Below are positions 54,559 to 64,000 of a stretch of 64,000 nucleotides of DNA, one piece after another. The stretch spans positions 64,666,001 to 64,730,000 of the forward strand of contig NC_043001.1 in assembly GCF_006345805.1 (NCBI RefSeq), written 5' to 3'. A program made the translations under genes and the position numbers. Below the pieces are notes generated by a model. The model was not told where the DNA came from. It did not search any database and saw only the letters and a list, made by a program, of their open reading frames with translations. Every line of letters starts with the position of its first letter. Positions within the stretch are counted from its first letter, which is position 1. This stretch comes from Octopus sinensis (taxonomy: Eukaryota).

Positions 54559-56732
54559 CACCGAATTCAAATGAGAACTCAGCCGCTTAGCCCCAAGCAA
54601 CCCAGATTTATAGTGAAGGACCATAAACCTAACTTCCACACCAACCCAGCGCTAAGACTCATATGCCCTGCTAGATCTGATATCGGGATAATCAGTAAGT
54701 ACATTTTAGATAAATATATCCCTAGTTTAGTAAACAAGCTGAAGCTCAGCCTCTGGGCCAACTCCTCGCAGGTAGTGAAGTGGTTTCTTCCATCCCCAAT
54801 AAGAACCGTACTAGGTTCATTCAGTTTGATATCGCCAGCTTCTACCCCTCGATAACCCTAGTGTGCTAAATAAGGCCCTCTGCATGCTCACAACAAGGCA
54901 GGCCTCACCAGAGAAGAGATAGATATCATTTTAGTTGCCAGGAAATCGTTTATTAAGTTTGATAATAAGCTGTGGATCCGTAAGGATACTCCCAATGAAT
55001 TTGATGTGCCTATGGGTAGTTCGGATAGTGCGCAGATAGCCGATTTGGTCGGAATATATATTCTCTACGAATTGTCCGATCAATTCCCGGAGATCGCGGG
55101 CGGCCTGTATCGTGACGATTGTCTGTTTTACCTGCAAAACACCACGAACAGAATAGTGCAGAAAACTAAGAGCAGGTTAGCTAGGTTTTTTAATAGAATG
55201 GGCATGAGTATAGTTTTTGATAACGAACTCACCAAGGCTAATTTCCTAGACGTTACACTTAACCTTATAGCGACTCATACTGCCCTTACCATAAGCCTTC
55301 CACTATTTGAAGTATGTCAGTGTCTTCTCAAATCATGCCAAAACCGTAACAGACAATTTGGTTAAAAACATCTCTCTAAGATTGTCTGGCCTGTCCGCCA
55401 GTGCCGATATTTTTATGCAGAAAGCGGATTTTTATAACGCCGCACTATCCAAGGCCGGTTATAGGCAGAAGGTAACTTATATTGATCCGGCCCTTCCGAT
55501 GCCATCATTCGGTCATCAGGATAGGGCCGTATATAATAACATTAACATTTTAAGTAAGGACGGGAGCGCGGCGGATACCGGGGTAGTCGCTCCCGCATTT
55601 AATTTAGCGAACAAGGATAATTATCGGTCCGGGAGGTCTTACACTAACCCAAGACCCGTTATTCATCCGAGAATCACCCACCCAAATGCGAGAGCTGGCG
55701 TCCCGACCCATCACACTGATAGGAATAAGCATATATGGTTTGTAATCCCCTTTGGTAAGCAGATTAGAACTAACCTCCCCCTCATGTTTAGACAAGCCAT
55801 CGCCAATAACTCCCCAGAAATTCCAAATATTACTCCACGGTTAACTCACATAAAGTTAGGATAGCTTTCTCCAACACTAAAAACCTCGCCCAGATAATCG
55901 CCTCCATAATAATAGGCTACTTACTAAGACCCTATCACCTTTTTCCGGAGGCACAGCCTCTTCCGCTCCCGGTTTAATGCTCAGTAGGAGTAATTATAGT
56001 AGTAATAATGATATGAGAGCCAGTACAGTGACACATAATCTCAGCTCCAGCCAGGGAGTACCCACGAGGGGTATAGTTATAAATAGGGGTGTGTGGTTGA
56101 TGGTAACAATGGGAGTAGGGTAGAGAGCCCCTTTAGCATCCCCAGCATCATTTCCCGCAATAGCAGTACCACGGGCAGTAGCAATGACAGCACTCTGATA
56201 GATAGTGGAGAATCAGGGGTTATTCCTATAGTTAATAGTGACGTAGTGGAAAATAGAGTAGTAAGCGGCTGCAGGTCTCGGAACGAATATAGTGACAGGA
56301 ACGCAGTTCTAATTTCAGAAACCAATCCTAGCAGAGTAAGATTCACGTCGGCGAACTCCAAGATCAAAAACGCCGTCTACCAATGCAAGGTTTACACGGA
56401 CTCAGATGCCTTCACTTATATAGGGGCATCGTCCTCAAGATTGTCTTTGCGTGTCTCCAACCATTACGCAACTTTTCGGGACGTGAACAAGCGCCAGACC
56501 ACGGGACTCAGTAAGCTAATATGGCGACTGAAGGATGCGAACTTAAGCTATAGGCTGGAATGGTCAATTTTGTCGGTGGCCCCCATTTGATAGGGGCAGA
56601 AGACAGTGCAACCTTTGTGTCTCCGAACTCTTCCATATTTTGTTTGCCAGAGGCCGGATGGTAAACGGGCTCTTACAGTCGGCTTTTCGATGCCCCCATT
56701 GGCGGCGTTACACTTATCTGGCCTTTAAATAG
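54559..56732 (+). pseudogene. PLE-B RT plus GIY-YIG (5'-truncated, frameshifted)
   Basis: VKDHKPNF..LRLICPARSDIG; FDVPMGSSDSAQ; YRDDC; FLDVTLNL; AVY..YIG; QCNLCVSE; stop 56730-56732. Confidence 0.88.
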
Positions 56733-57340
56733 CGTTTATAAACAAGACCGGCACCCATAGCCCTTGGTAACAAATTCTGAAATAGATTTTAAGATATCTA
56801 CAATTAACCACTGCAAGGAAATTACTCCTGTAAGACAAACGGGGCTTGTTCTTTCACAGCGGGGGTTTCCTTGTCAAGGCAGGCTTGGATGAACACACAC
56901 ACACACACATAAAACATAATATATATATATAATTTCTTTATTTTTTTTTTTTTTTCTTCTGCCACCCAACGGTATCACGGCAGTAGCCACTGACAGCCGA
57001 ACGATCAAACGCACACACGTACACAAAAAATGTTTTCTACCCCTACGCCAACACACACATATTAGAACAGTATACACACACACACGTCTCTAAGTAGATT
57101 TTTCTCGCCCCTTATAAAACATCCAATATTCTTTAAATAGTCAGAACTTTATTATCGGTCACAAAGAACATCTATACACCCTCACCCACATGGTTGACCG
57201 ATGCCTGACCTGTTGAATTCTTCAGCCACCGGTTCTCAACATACACTGATAAACAGTTTCGCCATGGGCTCTTAGGAGCACAGTTCGATTTGTTTTTTGC
57301 TCTGCCTCTGTTCTGTTTTTGTTTTTCCAACGGATTTCCT

Positions 57341-57432
57341 TTTTTCTTCCTGAAGAGAAAGACACAATATGGTCCCATTATTCAATCGGATTTTGGTAAT
57401 TTGTGCCTTTCGAAACACGTGTAGAATGAAAT
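57341..57432 (+). ncRNA. Type I hammerhead motif with long stem II (PLE-B)
   Basis: CTGAAGA 57350-57356; stem II GAAAGACACAA/TTGTGCCTTTC; GAAAC-ACGT-GTA; cleavage after 57423; imperfect stem I TTTTCTTC/GAATGAAA. Confidence 0.78.
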
Positions 57433-57635
57433 AAAACGATTTCTGTTCAATCTGCGTTCAGCTCCATTTCTTCAATTCACCAATAATGTTTTAATTTCAA
57501 TTATCCCACCAACGCACGGTTGCAACGCCAGATGGTTGTACCTTCAACCGTGCTGTTCACTGCTGTGATTTTTGCTACTAAGGTATCGGTTAAACTTTTG
57601 ATTAATCTACTACAAGATTATTCATCTTTCTATTT

Positions 57636-57687
<52 letters not shown>

Positions 57688-57866
57688 ATATATATCTATG
57701 TGTGTAAGTTTATTATATGTATGTATCCGTCTATATAATAGGTAACTGCACGTACATATACTTAATATTTATTTTTTGAGTATGCATGTATGAATAACTG
57801 CGCGTATATATATTTACTATTTACTTATTTTTTGAGTATGCATGTTAGTATGAATATATATATGTA

Positions 57867-57913
<47 letters not shown>

Positions 57914-58035
57914 ATATGTACTTGTATGTATTTGTATGTAGGTGTACATGTATGTATGTGTGTGTATTTATACTTATGGGTGTATATGTATAGACTAGCC
58001 TTCGAAGAGTGTAGACATGAATCTGTAGGTACGCG

Positions 58036-58078
<43 letters not shown>

Positions 58079-58943
58079 GTACATGTATGTATTTGTATGT
58101 AGGTGTACATGTATGTGTGTGTATTTATATTTATTGGTGTATATGTATAGACTAGCCTTCTAAGAGTGTAGACATGAATCTGTAGGTACGCGTACGTATG
58201 TGTATATACGTGAATGTATGTAGATGTATGTATGTATGAATATAACGCGTGCGTGCGTGTATGCGTATGAGTGTACGAATGAGTGAGTGTACGTGCTAAA
58301 GAGTGTGTGAGTGAATGAGTAATTGTTTTCCAGTAGACGGATAAATGGTCTGGCTGTCATAGCCAAGATGTTTGTGACCAAGCGGCCAAAGATAACAAAA
58401 GTAATAAACGAAGATAATAAAATTAAAATTAGGGAATGGGTCTGTATTTGTATATGTATATATATATATGTGTGTATGTGTAGGTATGCATGGGTACACA
58501 TATGTATATACATGTGTATATATATATATATATGTGTATGTATATATATGTGTATATGTATGTGTATGTATGTATATATATGTGTATGTATGTGTATGTG
58601 TTGGTGTATATATATGTGTGTATGTGATATATGTGTATATAGGGACTAGTGTGCTGTGTGTGCATGTGTGTGTATGGATTTGTGTGTGTATGCGTGTATG
58701 TGAGTAGATGTGTGTGTATGTGTATATATATATTTTTTGTGGTGTGTATATGTATGTGTGGTCGTGTGTGTATATATACATGTGTGTATACGTGTATGCA
58801 AGTGAGTGTGTTGTATGTATACATATATATGTGTATGTGTAGATATGTATATGGATGTGTGATTGTATATATATGTGTGTATGTGTAGAGGTATAAGTGA
58901 GAATCTCCTTATTTACCTAAAACTCTATTCCCCCCCTTATATA

Positions 58944-58991
<48 letters not shown>

Positions 58992-58996
58992 TATAG

Positions 58997-59027
<31 letters not shown>

Positions 59028-59306
59028 TTTTATTTTTTATTTTTTATTTTTTTATATTTTTTTATTTTCTATTTTTTATTTTTTATTTTATTTTTATTTT
59101 TTTATATTTTATATTTTTTTATTTTTTATTTTTATTTTTTTTTATTTTTATTTTTTATTTTTTATTATCCTATCTAATTTAACACTGACTCCTTGACCAC
59201 CCCCCAAGTATGATTTTTTGCGCTATGCCTACCCCAAAAAAGTCCCCCACCAACACCCCTTTAAACCTGCCTAAATGTATCAATGCCAATACAATTCTTG
59301 TTAACT

Positions 59307-59357
59307 AGCTTCCTGAAGATTTCTCTTGAATGAAACAGTTCTAGTCCTGTAGAAGCT
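59307..59357 (+). ncRNA. Type I hammerhead ribozyme motif (PLE-A copy 2, 3' pLTR)
   Basis: Identical to 50090-50140; cleavage after 59351. Confidence 0.85.
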
Positions 59358-59463
59358 CCTTCTATATAATAAATTAATTTTACTCTGCTATGTATTGAGT
59401 ACCTTATTTACTGTGGTTAACCCCGAATCAACCCGGGACCTACATATATATATATATATATAT

Positions 59464-59647
59464 ATAAAGGGGGGAATAGAGTTTTAGGTAAATAAGGAGA
59501 TTCTCACTTATACCTCTACACATACACACATATATACACTCACACATACATATACATATCTACACATACACATATATATGTATACATACACATGTATTAT
59601 GTATTATGTATTATGTGTGTGTGTGCGTGTATGTATGTAAAAAAATA

Positions 59648-59697
<50 letters not shown>

Positions 59698-59944
59698 GTG
59701 TGTGTGTGTATATATATATATATGTATGTGCGTGTGTGTGTGTGTGTGTATATATGTATAGATGTATGTATGTATATATGTATATTTGTGTGTATGCATA
59801 TGTATGTGCATATGTATGTGTGTATGTATATATATGTGTGTAAGTGTGTGTATATATGTAAATGTAAGTGTGTGTGCTTGTATGAGAATGTATGTATGTT
59901 TGCACACATGTATATATATGTGTGTATGTGTGTGTGTATGTATA

Positions 59945-59987
<43 letters not shown>

Positions 59988-60246
59988 TACATAATATATA
60001 TATGTGTGTATGTATGTGTATGTATATATGTGTATGTGAGTGTGTGGTGTATGCATGGTGTATGTGTATGTATGTATGTATATATATGCGTGTGCATGGG
60101 TATATGTATATGTACATATGCGCGTACGCTCGTGTGTTTATGTATGTGTAGGTACGTAGAGTTATCTATGTGTGTATTTATATGTACATGTGTAAGTATG
60201 TATATATATGTATGTATGTGTATGTATATGTATGTGTATGAGTGTC

Positions 60247-60297
<51 letters not shown>

Positions 60298-60366
60298 GTG
60301 TATGTGTATATGTAGGTGTATGTGTGTATGTATATATTTATATATATGTGTGTGTGTGTATGTATG

Positions 60367-60437
<71 letters not shown>

Positions 60438-60608
60438 CTATGTGTGTAAGTTTATTATATGTATGTATCCGTCTATATAATAGGTAACTGCACGTACATA
60501 TACTTAATATTTATTTTTTGAGTATGCATGTATGAATAACTGCGCGTATATATATTTACTATTTACTTATTTTTTGAGTATGCATGTTAGTATGAATATA
60601 TATGTGTA

Positions 60609-60661
<53 letters not shown>

Positions 60662-60786
60662 GTATATGTGTACATGTATGTATTTGTATGTAGGTGTACA
60701 TGTATGTATGTGTGTGTATTTATATTTATGGGTGTATATGTATAGACTAGCCTTCTAAGAGTGTAGACATGAATCTGTAGGTACGC

Positions 60787-60823
<37 letters not shown>

Positions 60824-61678
60824 TGTATGTATTTGTATGTAGGTGTACATGTATGTGTGTGTATTTATATTTATTGGTGTATATGTATAGACTAGCCTTC
60901 TAAGAGTGTAGACATGAATCTGTAGGTACGCGTACGTATGTGTATATACGTGAATGTATGTAGATGTATGTATGTATGAATATAACGCGTGCGTGCGCGT
61001 ATGCGTATGAGTGTACGAATGAGTGAGTGTACGTGCTAAAGAGTGTGCGTGAGTGAATGAGTAATTGTCTTCCAGTAGCCGGATAAATGATCTGGCTGTC
61101 ATAGCCAAGATGTTTGTGACCAAGCGGCCAAAGATAACAAAAGTAATAAACGAAGATAATAAAATTAAAATTAGGGAATGGGTCTGTATTTGTATATGTA
61201 TATATATATATATGTGTGTATGTGTAGGTATGCATGGGTACACATATGTATATATATGTGTATATATATATATGTGTATGTATGTATATGTGTATATGTA
61301 TGTGTATGTATGTATATATATATGTATATGTGTATGTATGTGTATGTGTGGGTGTATATATATGTGTGTATGTGTATATATGTGTATATAGGGACTAGTG
61401 TGCTGTGTGTGCATGTGTGTGTATGGATTTGTGTGTGTATGCGTGTATGTGAGTATATGTGTGTGTATGTGTATATATATATTTTCCTGTGTGTATATGT
61501 ATGTGTGGTCGTGTGTGTATATATACATGTGTGTATACGTGTATGCAAGTGAGTGTGTGTATGTATACATATATATGTGTATGTGTAGATATGTATATGT
61601 ATGTGTGAGTGTATATATATGTGTGTATGTGTAGAGGTATAAGTGAGAATCTCCTTATTTACCTAAAACTCTATTCCC

Positions 61679-61715
<37 letters not shown>

Positions 61716-61786
61716 TTTTATTTTATTTTTTTATTTTTATTTTTATTTTTATTTTTTAATATCTTTTTATTTTCTATTTTTTATTT

Positions 61787-61822
<36 letters not shown>

Positions 61823-62113
61823 ATTTTTATTTATTCTCCTATCTAATTTAACACTGACTCCTTGACCACTCCCCCAAGTATGATTTTTTGGGCTATGCCT
61901 ACCCCAAAAAAGTCCCCCACCAACACCCCTTTAAACCTGCCTAAATGTATAAATGCCAATACAATTCTTGTTAACTAGCTTCCTGAAGATTTCTCTTGAA
62001 TGAAACAGTTCTAGTCCTGTAGAAGCTCCTTCTATATAATAAATTAATTTTACTCTGCTATGTATTGAGTACCTTATTTACTGTGGTTAACCCCGAATCA
62101 ACCCGGTACCTAC

Positions 62114-62117
<4 letters not shown>
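59464..62117 (+). mobile_element. PLE family A copy 3 (3' region only, short inverted 5' segment)
   Basis: 59464-59592 is an inverted copy of ~61555-61685; forward 59591-62117 matches the 3' region of copies 1 and 2; no ORF. Confidence 0.88.
61977..62027 (+). ncRNA. Type I hammerhead ribozyme motif (PLE-A copy 3)
   Basis: Identical to 50090-50140; cleavage after 62021. Confidence 0.85.
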
Positions 62118-62146
<29 letters not shown>

Positions 62147-62871
62147 TGCACATCTGTGTATGTATATATGAGTGTGTGTGTATATATGTACATATATTTG
62201 TATATGTGTATGTGAGTGAAAATACATATCTGTGTGTGTGTGTGTCTGAGTGTTAGTTTGTATATTTGATGTATATGTGAATGACCATGTAAGTGTATGT
62301 ATGGGCTGATTCTTAAAGATCAGCTAAGGATAATCACATGTGTAACCAGCCATGAAGAACAAACCAACAGTACAAAGAAACTAAATGCCAACCACTTTAA
62401 CAGTAGCAGAATCACCATCCCCTTTCATCTACACATTCAAAACAGTTTGCCAATGGCCCTTCAGCAACATCACACCTTAATAAACTCAGTGGCTACTACC
62501 AACTTCAGGCCATGACAGATAGAGAGGATGGTTTTGAAGTCAAGAATTTGAACTTACAAAGACAATATTTGCATATCATCTGAGGAAGCACAACTAGATC
62601 TCATAATGCTGAGAAATGGTTGCATAATCAAGTACCCACACACTTGGAGAACTATGTTGTGTAGAAACAATTGTAGTGATTGAAAATAAATGTCTAAATG
62701 TACTCCTTGTTGACTACTAATGTTTTCAGTTATCTATTCACACACAACAGAAGCCCAAATGCAAACCTGGATGTACGTATAATACCACTACTGGATAGCA
62801 CAATGTGAAATCTGATGGTGGATGAGCTTTATACTGTACTCTACTATGTTCTTAACAGAATATACCATAAC

Positions 62872-62904
<33 letters not shown>

Positions 62905-62922
62905 ATATATATAGCAGAATAT

Positions 62923-63936
62923 TGTTACGAATCACCTGCCGTCGCTCAAACTCTTCGGAAACCCGGGACCCTACCAAGTCGAGCGACGACGATTGACCAG
63001 CTCGATCAAACGGGGAATTCGCCAGGGAAAGAGAGAATTCGGTGGGAGAGAATGGCAGCGAACCCGGCAACTGGCGACCGGAGAGAACAACAACAACAAC
63101 AGCAGGAAGAGATACAGAGAGAGACGGCGGAAGGCAATTGGCTTACATTTAACAACAGTTTATGACAATCATTACAACATCAAAGAAAATACATGCAAGA
63201 AAACAAGAAAACAACAAATCAAAACATGCAGATACAATTCAATGTTCAAATCAGATAATGTTCACGATACAGTTCAGAGACAACAGTTCAAATCAGTTCA
63301 ATGTTCTACATTAGTCCCTCTCTTTCTTTTTCTTTTCAACACAGTTCTTTCTTTTTCCTCTTTCCTTCTTTCTCTTTTTTTTTCACATCAATTCTCTTTT
63401 CTTTAACAACTCTTTTTAACACAATTCACATCAAAACATAAACAACACATACCGTTACAGTTTCTAGTTACAACAATTTCAGAAACTCCCACTACGAATA
63501 GCCAATGCCTTCATGCCGTAATCCCTCTCTCTTGCTCCACATGTTCCCAATGCTTATCTGTCTGTTTTCCTCTACGCTGTCATCCTCTCGCTTGTTATAT
63601 CTCACATTCCTGTCTGTCTTTCTCAACGATGTAGTTGCCTTTCCCATCGCCACCTTCCTGGCTTACCGTCCGTGTCACTCCGGTCTCTGGCCAAAACTGA
63701 CGGCCGACTGCTTGCAATCCCTACTGCCGACTGACTGACAAACTCCCAGCGCATCGCATTTTAAAGGGTGGTCTCTTAAACTTTCCTTGACCGGCACAGG
63801 GCTAAAGGTCACTTCCTAAATACATAAATTTCCCCAGAAACTGGCATAACAAAAGATTTACCCGGCTGCTTGACACCAAATCACAAAAGTAGGTCACAGC
63901 ACTCTTATTTTCTGAACTGAACTGACCTCCATATCA
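62923..63936. mobile_element. Probable solo LTR (~1.0 kb)
   Basis: TG..CA termini with flanking ATAT/ATAT (62919-62922, 63937-63940); GC-richer than the flanks; no ORF. Confidence 0.5.
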
Positions 63937-64000
63937 ATATGTTTGGTTGATGATTCACTTCATTGCTACTCAGTTTGTCTTGCTAGGTATAATTCTTAAG

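Larger units (their letters stand above)
53385..57638 (+). mobile_element. PLE family B, 5'-truncated with a 1.17-kb inverted 3' duplication, inserted in a (TA)n tract of PLE-A
   Basis: 53385-54558 is the reverse complement of 56312-57487; forward RT-EN 54559-56732; host PLE-A sequence is continuous across the insertion. Confidence 0.92.
49951..59447 (+). mobile_element. PLE family A copy 2, full length with pLTRs, interrupted by PLE-B
   Basis: pLTR 49951-50230 shared with copy 1; ORF 50273-52409; 3' region resumes at 57639; ends GGGACCTACATAT into (AT)n. Confidence 0.92.

Noticed and set aside
47543-61851. Many long ORFs rich in [12 protein letters not shown] (also at 1.5-2.4, 30.5-32.7, 43.6 kb)
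   Set aside because: Translations of dinucleotide microsatellites, open in several frames on both strands; no protein signal.
46081-62117. PLE-A triplication as a pure assembly artefact
   Set aside because: Copies have different 5' truncation and inversion junctions and private substitutions, and only one contains PLE-B. Indel noise may still be sequencing error.
62580-62625. CTGAGGA-AGCA..TGCT-GAGAAA hammerhead-like string
   Set aside because: Extra GA before GAAA and no convincing stem I or III or NUH in register.

Overview
Eukaryotic (animal) DNA made almost entirely of nested transposable elements and simple repeats. No host protein-coding gene, rRNA, tRNA gene or CRISPR array is supported. 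The repeat families and the extreme (TA)n/(TG)n/(TACA)n content suggest an octopus/cephalopod genome (inference, not verified). Zone 1 (1-27 kb) holds decayed RTE, Tx1/L1 and Dong/R4 LINEs, two Ty3/Gypsy LTR elements inserted into one R4 copy (both TSDs recoverable), SINEs and a mariner remnant. Zone 2 (27-33 kb) is a cluster of small Helitrons, one retaining a PIF1 helicase fragment. Zone 3 (33-62 kb) holds four Penelope-like retroelement (PLE) families; the three younger ones sit in (TA)n tracts, beside a near full-length RTE and fold-back repeats. The most notable signals are RNA structures. There are seven type I hammerhead ribozyme motifs in three architectures, one per young PLE family: a compact form (4 copies), a form with a ~55-nt stem II arm (2 copies), and a core variant CUGUAGA with a loopless palindromic stem III (1 copy). 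A ~2.7-kb microsatellite-rich 3' region travels as part of one PLE, forming a hammerhead-bounded non-coding unit. RTE 3' ends carry repeated hairpin plus H-type pseudoknot modules. Coordinates of decayed elements are approximate; family names come from motif recognition, not database searches.
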